A stretch of DNA of 64,000 nucleotides from NCBI GenBank assembly GCA_964036045.1, contig OZ038378.1:176080001-176144000 (forward strand), in the 5' to 3' direction. A program made the position numbers and the translations under genes. This stretch comes from Eutreptiella sp. 'Long Island Sound 2002' (Eukaryota; Protista; Euglenida). Shown piece by piece: positions 37,272-46,863 of this stretch (its first letter is position 1; every line of letters starts with the position of its first letter). A model generated the notes under the pieces. That model saw only the letters and a program-made list of their open reading frames with translations. It did not search any database and was not told the origin of the DNA.

Positions 37272-37652
37272 GCCATGAGCACAGTGGATTTGGTGCTGTG
37301 CGCGGACACGCTGATGTATGTGGGGCTGCTGGAGCCATTTTTTGACGCTGCCACGCGCGTGGCCATGGACGGCTGCCGGCTGGCATTCAGCGTGGAGAGC
37401 CTGGAGTGTGCACAGCAGCAGCAGCAGGCCAATGGCGGGGATGGGGTGTCTATCGGGCAGGACGTGGGCAAGCAGCCTGGCGAGGTCGTGCTGCTGGAGA
37501 GCGGGCGGTACGCGCATGCAGATAAGTACATCCTGCAGCTGGCGGAGGAGCGGGGCTGGGAGGGGCTGCTGCTGCGGGACGTCGTGGGCCGGTACGACGG
37601 ACCACAGCCCGTGTGGGCCACGCTGTACGTGTTTGTCAAGACGGGGAATTAA
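37272..37652 (+). CDS. TPR + SAM-methyltransferase, exon 3 (last); joined protein ~436 aa
   Basis: cacag|GCC acceptor. VDLVLCADTLMYVG, LAFSVE and LLESGRYAHADKYI are typical of this family's C-terminus. Stop TAA at 37650-37652. Confidence 0.88.
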   Translation, partial: AMSTVDLVLCADTLMYVGLLEPFFDAATRVAMDGCRLAFSVESLECAQQQQQANGGDGVSIGQDVGKQPGEVVLLESGRYAHADKYILQLAEERGWEGLLLRDVVGRYDGPQPVWATLYVFVKTGN

Positions 37653-39945
37653 GAGGCAAAGGAGTGGCCTAGTCAGGAGCTGTGGGACTGTGATTTGGAC
37701 TCGGTGCTGCACCGAGTGGTATACAAACTGGGCATGCCTGCTGCCAGGGACACATTGGAAGGTGGGGCGGCGGGGGCTCCCACTCCTTTCAGTAGGCCGG
37801 CCTGCGCCCAAACCTCTCTCTCTTTCCCCCACGGGCCTTTCGCACGGCATTTGAAACCGAAAGGAACGACTCCAAACGGCTTTGCCAACCGCCTCCAAAC
37901 GCCATCGAAACGGCTCCCGACGCCCATTCTTGGGCCCTCTTCCGCTTGCAATGCGTCCCCGCCGCCCGCAACACGCCTACAGATCCGTCCCAGGGATGCC
38001 TCGCGGATACGCGGTGTAGCGCGGCCCGCTCTCCGACTCAGTCCGACAATGCTTCCACTTGTGCGGGGGGGGGGGGGGGGGTTTGGCGTCCACGTGCGCG
38101 TGACGACGCGGGGGGGTGCTCAGGCCCCAGGGATGTGTCCTACTGGTGCCATGGGTGCACCGCGGGCCCAGGCTGGGGTTGAGGTTCGGTGGACTGGGGC
38201 GTGCAGGCGGTATGGTGTCCCCCGGGTGCTTTGTGCCGGATACCGGGATGTGGGCCGGGCGGTGCGGGCTTGACAGCACGGCGGCTGGGGTCGGGGTCAT
38301 TGTCTGCTGGTGGGCGCTCAAGGGCATTTCGAATACCTGGAGTTCTCCTCCAGTGGCCCCAGTGTCCTTTTGCATTTTCTCCGTTCCTCTCAATCTCCCA
38401 TTCGCCTGAACTCCGCATTTTTCGACGGGTCTGGGACCTCCGGAAGGGGGTGAGGGAAGAACGTCATGAGCCATGGCCGGGCAGGCAGGCAGGCAGGCAG
38501 GCAAACGGCCGTTGTCACCCCTTGAGCACCTCGGCATGCGCGGGGTGGATTGAGCCGCAGGCGGTGTGCACCTGTGCGAAGGCACGTGGAGTGTCCAAGA
38601 CCCACCGCAAGCGTTACGGAGCTGCGGCGTGCAGCGCCAACAGTCGGGCATTCCGCGCCCATAAAGGCTTTGGGTGACAGATCTGAGGGGGCTTGGCACA
38701 TTCATGGCGCGCGTTTCTGGACGTGCCTCACGCGCCTCACACTCTGAGGGGTCCGGGGTCCCGTCCGTGCTCCGGACACCGCTCGGCCCGCGAGGATTGC
38801 CTTCTGTGTCTGCAACGGCCGAGGAAACCGGTTTGATGCGAAAGGGCCACGAGCCGTGAGCAGGCGACATTGGAGCAATGGGCCAACTCCTCACGGAGAC
38901 CCCGGCGGCCGAAGGGCGGGGCCCCTCGCGGCCAATGGCCGGTGTGGCAGGTCTGCAACCTTTGAAGGGGATCACGTCTGGCCTCCGCAAGGCCAGCCCC
39001 TGCCCAGCCCCGCAGTGGCCCAGACCGTGTTCGCTCGTACCCACAAATTTGCACCCCCCGGTCACCCGGCCACTCTCCCTCGCTATTCTCTCGACACAGC
39101 AGGGCACACAAAGGCCATGGCATCGGACATTACATGATGTCCCCCCAACTCTTTATGGAACTGCCCCCCCCACCCCCACCCCTTCCCACAGTACTGCGCA
39201 TTTTCGGGTGGACGGCCCGACACCCGTCATGCCCTCCCCCCCCCCTCTTATGGAACACTCCTCCCCCTTCCTCACAGCCCCGGGACACTGGCTGCACTAC
39301 ACGGTAGCCCCCCCCCCTCCCGCCTACATGGAACTTCCCCCAGAACATGGGATACCGTTGTAGTACATGGTGCCCCACCAGCCTTTCGGAAACCCTTCAC
39401 CAGTACGGCGTTTTTTTTGGGGGGGGCGTCTACGCAGGTTGACATATGGAACATAAGGCTTCCCTTGGGGGAACGTTAGCGCGCCGGGCGCGCGCCGGGC
39501 ATCTTTTGTGACCCGTGCCCTACCGGTGGACTGTTGCCGTTGATATGTTGGGCAACATTATAGGGTCCGTGGTAAAACTGAGTAAAAAAAATTTTTTTTT
39601 TTAAATTTTTTTTTTTACTCAGTTTCAAACTGAGTAACAATTTTTTTTTTTAATCAGTAAGTGGGGTTTCTACTCAGTTGCGAAACTGAGTAGAAAAAAA
39701 TTTTTTTTTTCTTCTCAGTAAAAAACTGAGTAGAAAAAAAATATTTTTTTTTACTCAGTAAGTGGGGTTTCTACTCAGTTGCGAAACTGAGTAGAAAAAA
39801 AAATTTTTTTTTTCTCAGTAAAAAACTGAGTAGGAAAAAAAATATTTTTTTTACTCAGTAAAAAACTGAGTAGAAAAAAAAATATTTTTTTTTACTCAGT
39901 AAAAAAATTAGTAGAAAAAAGCTCTTTTTTCTGATTTTGCCCCCC

Positions 39946-42900
39946 GCTCTGAAGCGGTGGGGATCCCTGATACGGCAGGGGTGAGGTAGCCATTTCGCCC
40001 ACTTGTGGGCCACTTCTGATTCTGCCCCCCGCTCTGAAGCGGTGGGGATCCCCGATACGGCAGGGGTGAGGTAGCCACTTTGCCCACTTTTGGGCCACTT
40101 CTGATTCTGCCCCCCGCTCTGAAGCGGTGGGGATCCCCGATACGGCAGGGGTGAGGTAGCCATTTCGCCCACTTGTGGGCCACTTCTGATTTTGCCCCCC
40201 GCTCTGAAGCGGTGGGGATCCCCGACACGGCAGGGGTGAGGTAGCCACTTTGCCCACTTGTGGGCCACTTCTGATTCTGCCCCCCGCTCTGAAGCGGTGG
40301 GGATCCCCGATACGGCAGGGGTGAGGTAGCCATTTCGCCCACTTGTGGGCCACTTCTGATTTTGCCCCCCGCTCTGAAGCGGTGGGGATCCCCGATACGG
40401 CAGGGGTGAGGTAGCCACTTTGCCCACTTGTGGGCCACTTCTGATTCTGCCCCCCGCTCTGAAGCGGTGGGGATCCCCGATACGGCAGGGGTGAGGTAGC
40501 CACTTTGCCCACTTGTGGGCCACTTCTGATTCTGCCCCCCGCTCTGAAGCGGTGGGGATCCCCGATACGGCAGGGGTGAGGTAGCCACTTTGCCCACTTG
40601 TGGGCCACTTCTGATTCTGCCCCCCGCTCTGAAGCGGTGGGGATCCCCGATACGGCAGGGGTGAGGTAGCCATTTCGCCCACTTATGGGCCACTTCTGAT
40701 TTTGCCCCCCGCTCTGAAGCGGTGGGGATCCCCGATACGGCAGGGGTGAGGTAGCCACTTTGCCCACTTGTGGGCCACTTCTGATTCTGCCCCCCGCTCT
40801 GAAGCGGTGGGGATCCCCGATACGGCAGGGGTGAGGTAGCCATTTCGCCCACTTGTGGGCCACTTCTGATTTTGCCCCCCGCTCTGAAGCGGTGGGGATC
40901 CCCGATACGGCAGGGGTGAGGTAGCCACTTTGCCCACTTGTGGGCCACTTCTGATTCTGCCCCCCGCTCTGAAGCGGTGGGGATCCCCGATACGGCAGGG
41001 GTGAGGTAGCCACTTTGCCCACTTGTGGGCCACTTCTGATTTTGCCCCCCGCTCTGAAGCGGTGGGGATCCCCGATACGGCAGGGGTGAGGTAGCCACTT
41101 TGCCCACTTGTGGGCCACTTCTGATTCTGCCCCCCGCTCTGAAGCGGTGGGGATCCCCGATACGGCAGGGGTGAGGTAGCCATTTCGCCCACTTGTGGGC
41201 CACTTCTGATTCTGCCCCCCGCTCTGAAGCGGTGGGGATCCCCGATACGGCGGGGGTGAGGTAGCCACTTTGGCCACTTGTGGGCCACTTCTGATTCTGC
41301 CCCCCGCTCTGAAGCGGTGGGGATCCCCGATACGGCAGGGGTGAGGTAGCCACTTTGCCCACTTGTGGGCCACTTCTGATTCTGCCCCCCGCATTGAAGC
41401 GGTGGGGATCCCCGATACGGCAGGGGTGAGGTAGCCATTTCGCCCACTTGTGGGCCACTTCTGATTTTGCCCCCCGCTCTGAAGCGGTGGGGATCCCCGA
41501 TACGGCAGGGGTGAGGTAGCCACTTTGCCCACTTGTGGGCCACTTCTGATTCTGCCCCCCGCTCTGAAGCGGTGGGGATCCCCGATACGGCAGGGGTGAG
41601 GTAGCCACTTTGCCCACTTGTGGGCCACTTCTGATTCTGCCCCCCGCTCTGAAGCGGTGGGGATCCCCGATACGGCAGGGGTGAGGTAGCCATTTCGCCC
41701 ACTTGTGGGCCACTTCTGATTCTGCCCCCCGCTCTGAAGCGGTGGGGATCCCCGATACGGCAGGGGTGAGGTAGCCACTTTGGCCACTTGTGGGCCACTT
41801 CTGATTCTGCCCCCCGCTCTGAAGCGGTGGGGATCCCCGATACGGCAGGGGTGAGGTAGCCATTTCGCCCACTTGTGGGCCACTTCTGATTCTGCCCCCC
41901 GCTCTGAAGCGGTGGGGATCCCCGATACGGCATGGGTGAGGTAGCCATTTTGCCCACTTGTGGGCCACTTCTGATTCTGCCCCCCGCTCTGAAGCGGTGG
42001 GGATCCCCGATACGGCAGGGGTGAGGTAGCCATTTCGCCCACTTGTGGGCCACTTCTGATTTTGCCCCCCGCTCTGAAGCGGTGGGGATCCCCGATACGG
42101 CAGGGGTGAGGTAGCCATTTCGCCCACTTGTGGGCCACTTCTGATTCTGCCCCCCGCTCTGAAGCGGTGGGGATCCCCGATACGGCATGGGTGAGGTAGC
42201 CATTTTGCCCACTTGTGGGCCACTTCTGATTCTGCCCCCCGCTCTGAAGCGGTGGGGATCCCCGATACGGCAGGGGTGAGGTAGCCATTTGGCCCACTTG
42301 TGGGCCACTTCTGATTTTGCCCCCCGCTCTGAAGCGGTGGGGATCCCCGATACGGCAGGGGTGAGGTAGCCACTTTGCCCACTTGTGGGCCACTTCTGAT
42401 TCTGCCCCCCGCTCTGAAGCGGTGGGGATCCCCGATACGGCAGGGGTGAGGTAGCCTTTTTGCCCACTTGTGGGCCACTTCTGATTCTGCCCCCCGCTCT
42501 GAAGCGGTGGGGATCCCCGATACGGCATGGGTGAGGTAGCCATTTCGCCCACTTGTGGGCCACTTCTGATTTTGCCCCCCGCTCTGAAGCGGTGGGGATC
42601 CCCGATACGGCAGGGGTGAGGTAGCCACTTTGCCCACTTGTGGGCCACTTCTGATTCTGCCCCCCGCTCTGAAGCGGTGGGGATCCCCGATACGGCAGGG
42701 GTGAGGTAGCCACTTTGCCCACTTGTGGGCCACTTCTGATTCTGCCCCCCGCTCTGAAGCGGTGGGGATCCCCGATACGGCATGGGTGAGGTAGCCACTT
42801 TGCCCACTTGTGGGCCACTTCTGATTTTGCCCCCCGCTCTGAAGCGGTGGGGATCCCCGATACGGCAGGGGTGAGGTAGCCATTTCGCCCACTTGTGGGC

Positions 42901-43670
42901 CACTTCTGATTCTGCCCCCCGCTCTGAAGCGGTGGGGATCCCCGATACGGCAGGGGTGAGGTAGCCACTTTGCCCACTTGTGGGCCACTTCTGATTCTGC
43001 CCCCCGCTCTGAAGCGGTGGGGATCCCCGATACGGCATGGGTGAGGTAGCCATTTGGCCCACTTGTGGGCCACTTCTGATTTTGCCCCCCGCTCTGAAGC
43101 GGTGGGGATCCCCGATACGGCAGGGGTGAGGTAGCCACTTTGCCCACTTGTGGGCCACTTCTGATTCTGCCCCCCGCTCTGAAGCGGTGGGGATCCCCGA
43201 TACGGCAGGGGTCCACTTGTGGGCCACTTCTGATTTTGCCCCCCGCTCTGAAGCGGTGGGGATCCCCGATACGGCAGGGGTGAGGTAGCCATTTCGCCCA
43301 CTTGTGGGCCACTTCTGATTTTGCCCCCCGCTCTGAAGCGGTGGGGATCCCCGATACGGCAGGGGTGAGGTAGCCATTTGGCCCACTTGTGGGCCACTTC
43401 TGATTCTGCCCCCCGCTCTGAAGCGGTGGGGATCCCCGATACGGCAGGGGTGAGGTAGCCATTTCGCCCACTTGTGGGCCACTTCTGATTCTGCCCCCCG
43501 CTCTGAAGCGGTGGGGATCCCCGATACGGCAGGGGTGAGGTAGCCATTTCGCCCACTTGTGGGCCACTTCTGATTTTGCCCCCCGCTCTGAAGCGGTGGG
43601 GATCCCCGATACGGCAGGGGTGAGGTAGCCATTTGGCCCACTTGTGGGCCACTTCTGATTTTGCCCCCCG
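39946..43670. repeat. Tandem array of 44 x 85-bp units; one unit (43176-43245) has a 15-bp deletion
   Basis: gctctgaagc recurs at 40201, 40286, 40541, 41221 and 42241 (multiples of 85). Units differ at only a few sites. Confidence 0.97.
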
Positions 43671-43977
43671 CTCTGATCGTACCCACCGTGCTTAGCTGGT
43701 TTTCGAACATTTTTTTTTCCGTTAAGGACACCCCTACTAAAGAACATAGAATCATTTGTTCCTCTTTGCTGACTCCCCAGGCGGCATGCGATCCATTTTT
43801 TTTCTAATGCCCTTCGTGCATGCAACAGTGTCCTCCATTAGCAAAGCTCTGCGGATGGCACCGAGGCATGCACGAAGAAATCGGCTACAACGAGTCCCGT
43901 GGGCACGGATGATACCCTTGGAATACACATGCAGTGTACTGTTGCTTGGTTGTTTGTGAATCTTTACCCTTGAGCTG

Positions 43978-45801
43978 ATGACGGAGCTTATTCATCATTC
44001 ATGGGCAAAGAGACACAGACCCATGGTGCGGTGCACTGCATGTGGGGGACCGACAATAAAATTGCATTACATCACCAGACTCATTATAAACATCCAATTA
44101 CATTCATGTTTGCAACACTCATTGTATTTGTGGTGCATCTACTGCGACGGGTGCATTCACTGCTTGGTTGGACTGGAGTGCCTAGCGAGACGGTTCAAGG
44201 ATAGGGATGAGGTAAAATGGGTGCTACAGAAGTGGGAGAAGGAGGTGGATGCCGAGACCATTTTGCACCCCACTCCCTCTGTGAACCGTGTTCCACCCAA
44301 TTCCATCCCGTCCGAAATTGCTGTAGGGACCCACCCAACTCCCTCTGTGAATGTGGACCCTATCCCGCCTAGTTCCATTCCGTCCGAAATTGTTGTCGCC
44401 ACACCCTGTACTGATAGCCCTCCAACATCTCATACTGGGTGTCGCCTTGCAGAACAAATCCTTGCTAATGTGTGCAAGGCACTCAGTGATAGCCATGGCT
44501 CGTTTCGCCCATCCTTGGCAGAGGTCGAGGCATTGCTTGGTGACGATTGGGGGCCGCCACTACATGCCACGGTTCCAGGTCCATCGGCTCAACAATATGA
44601 GTTCGAGGCACGCCATTTTAGGGACCTCACCTCCGAGAGCTATGTCACAAACTGTGCTCAAATTGTGGTGTATTACTGGTGGGCAGCCCAGACCGCTCTC
44701 AGTGCAGATTGGGACACAATGGGTGTGGCATGGGCAGTCCGTGGTTCGTTGTGGAATGTGTCGTGTGCCAGTCCACAACGCCGACAGGCATTGGTTGAAT
44801 CATGGGCGCGTAGCACTTTGGAACGCGCGTCCATTGATATGTCTTTTGCACCACCGTTGATTGTGGCGCAGATATATAATTCGCGTAATTTCCATTGGGT
44901 GCTCCGCTTGTTGCTGATTGCCCCTACCCGTGAATACCTTTGCCTTAAGTTTGACCCCCTCCTTGACAAGCCACACATTGTTGGGGCAAACAAGGAGGAG
45001 TTGGCTGTTGTGGATGAGCTTGCGGAGCGAGAAGGCATCCAACCACAACCGCGGAGGAAGTGGGCAACGTTTTTGGATGCTTTCGGTTCCCTTGCATTTG
45101 CAATTGCACCCCTGTATTCCACCTTCATCAGGCAGGATGATTTTGTCAGTTGCCATCCGGCATGTCTGTTGATGTTGCATTGTGCCTTGTCTAGACGTGT
45201 TGTCAAAGGCGATTTGCAAGTGCCACAGGATAGATTGTGGTTATTGCGTGAGATGGCACAAGCTACTTTGTACTACAGTCGTTCCAAGTTGGCCCCCACA
45301 CCCCGGACCCGGTCAATGCATTGGGAGGTGTCTCGGTTGTACCCCACGCCCAAATTTGCAGACCCCCCTGACACATGCTTTTTTTGCGATGGCACACCCG
45401 CCATAGCGTGTCAGGAATGTAAGGTTCTTCATTGTACCTTCCATACCACTGTCTTCTGTCAGTCCGAGATTTGTGTAGGATTGCGCCAATTCCGGGCGGC
45501 CCCCGTTGCTGCTGCTGCTGCTGCTGTTGTTGCTTTTGCTGCAGTTACTGCTGCCAATGCCACGCATGCCACTCCTGGCAATGCCAATGCCACTGATGAC
45601 ACCCGTCCCGGTGTGTGGATCTGTCGGAAGTGGTATGCGTTGCCTCCTCAATACCCCCAAAATGCTGATGGTCAATTGGAAAATGACCAAGCATTTTGCA
45701 GACAGCTGCATCTGGAAAAGAAAGAAGATCTCTTTGAGAGATGCAAGCTGAATCCTACCCCGAGAGGCAAGCCTCACAAGAGAGATATAAGGCCGACTTG
45801 A
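43978..45801 (+). CDS. 607-aa cargo protein: Cys-rich N-terminus, Ulp1/C48 peptidase-like domain, B-box-like Zn finger
   Basis: Uninterrupted ORF. NFHWVLRLL (His), LKFDPL (Asp) and RQDDFVSC (Gln..Cys) occur in Ulp1 order. CFFC..ACQECKVLHCTFH follows. Confidence 0.72.
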   Translation: MTELIHHSWAKRHRPMVRCTACGGPTIKLHYITRLIINIQLHSCLQHSLYLWCIYCDGCIHCLVGLECLARRFKDRDEVKWVLQKWEKEVDAETILHPTPSVNRVPPNSIPSEIAVGTHPTPSVNVDPIPPSSIPSEIVVATPCTDSPPTSHTGCRLAEQILANVCKALSDSHGSFRPSLAEVEALLGDDWGPPLHATVPGPSAQQYEFEARHFRDLTSESYVTNCAQIVVYYWWAAQTALSADWDTMGVAWAVRGSLWNVSCASPQRRQALVESWARSTLERASIDMSFAPPLIVAQIYNSRNFHWVLRLLLIAPTREYLCLKFDPLLDKPHIVGANKEELAVVDELAEREGIQPQPRRKWATFLDAFGSLAFAIAPLYSTFIRQDDFVSCHPACLLMLHCALSRRVVKGDLQVPQDRLWLLREMAQATLYYSRSKLAPTPRTRSMHWEVSRLYPTPKFADPPDTCFFCDGTPAIACQECKVLHCTFHTTVFCQSEICVGLRQFRAAPVAAAAAAVVAFAAVTAANATHATPGNANATDDTRPGVWICRKWYALPPQYPQNADGQLENDQAFCRQLHLEKKEDLFERCKLNPTPRGKPHKRDIRPT

Positions 45802-45975
45802 TCTTCAAGCGTGTCTTTTGTAACTACTTGTAAGTAGTTGGCCCCACCCTCCCTCCCTCCTCTGTGCATGCATGCATGCGATACTCAACCCTCTTTGGTG
45901 AAGTGGTTGTGTGATCCCTCCCTCCTCTGTGCATGCATGCAGACGGTACTCAACCCTCCTTGGTGAAGCGGTTGT

Positions 45976-45978
<3 letters not shown>

Positions 45979-46028
<50 letters not shown>
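45979..46028. repeat. (AT)25 microsatellite
   Basis: Read directly from the sequence. Confidence 0.95.
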
Positions 46029-46033
<5 letters not shown>

Positions 46034-46318
46034 TTTGGCCCGGGTGGGGCGCCACTAACACAAGTGGCCGGGAATCGACTCGGGGGCCTTGTGCCCTTAA
46101 ACAAAAGTACCACCTACCATCAAAGTGTGCAGTTTTTTGTGCATTTTTTTTCAAAAAAAAATTGTCTTTTTACTGAGTAAAAAAAATGATTTTTTTTAAA
46201 AAAAAATTTCTTAAAAAATTTTTTTACTCAGTTTTACCTCAAATCTACTCAGTTTTACCACATTTTACTCAGTTTTACCTCGTCTGGTACTCAGTTTTAC
46301 CAAATACCCAACATTATA

Positions 46319-46575
46319 TGGATTTGCCCCTTGGCCCCCGGGACATCAGCAGATGTTTTGATTTTGGATGGGTATGGACCTTCTTGTACCCGAGGTGATT
46401 TCTTTGATTTCGAAGTTGGGGGCCATGATGGTGCTTATAAGGGCCGGATTCATGTCATTGTGCCATTCATTTGAAGAAAGAATGGCACTTTGACATCCCG
46501 CCAACAATGTTACAATGACGTGCACGGGTGGTATAGGGCACGCATTGAGCAGCTGTTTGCTCGGTTGTGGCACGC
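46319..46575 (+). pseudogene. Harbinger-type transposase fragment, continuing after the nested insertion
   Basis: WICPLAPGTSADVLILDGYGPSCTRGDFFDFEVGGHDGAYKGRIHVIVPF, then ..RARIEQLFARLW; nearly the same sequence as 17125-17385. Confidence 0.8.
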
Positions 46576-46717
46576 AAGATGAGGCAGAGGATGAGGCAGA
46601 AGTGTGTGTGTTGTGTTGCCAGATCGCTCCACCGTCGCAGATGGTGGTGAGTGTAAGGAGCACTATTGTACTGAATGTATTGACACCCACACTTGTGGGA
46701 CCAATGTTATGATGCAG

Positions 46718-46863
46718 CTCTACTGTTCGCGATACCTCAATAACGCCTATCGCTTCTACTGGAGATCGATGCGGTTGTGCTATCCTAACCCCCCATTCTC
46801 CCAACTTGCTAAGGTGTTGACCAAGATCGCCCTTAAAGGAGCGAGAGTGGTACTGTGTACCCC
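46718..46863 (+). pseudogene. N6-adenine DNA methyltransferase-like fragment (DIRS/phage Dam type)
   Basis: LYCSRYLNNAYRFYWRSMRLCYPNPPFSQLAKVLTKIALKGARVVLCTP; NPPF motif IV at 46787-46798 with the typical vL.Ki....vl..P tail. Confidence 0.65.

Larger units (their letters stand above)
39563..46309 (+). mobile_element. 6747-bp Foldback/Mutator-like non-autonomous element
   Basis: 9-bp TSD AACATTATA at 39554-39562 and 46310-46318. Termini GGGTCCGTGGTAAAACTGAGTA / TACTCAGTTTTACCAAATACCC (19/22 inverted match). Modular arms at 39563-39918 and ~46150-46309. Confidence 0.88.

Noticed and set aside
37977-39107. 376-aa minus-strand ORF
   Set aside because: GC-rich, P/G/R-biased, no motifs, and competing ORFs in the other frames.
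39946-43670. CRISPR array
   Set aside because: Units are contiguous and near-identical, with no unique spacers and no cas genes.
39855-43825. Minus-strand ORFs of 989-1305 aa as giant proteins
   Set aside because: They arise automatically from a stop-free 85-bp unit in all three frames, have no unique domain, and one frame is broken by a point variant at ~40683.
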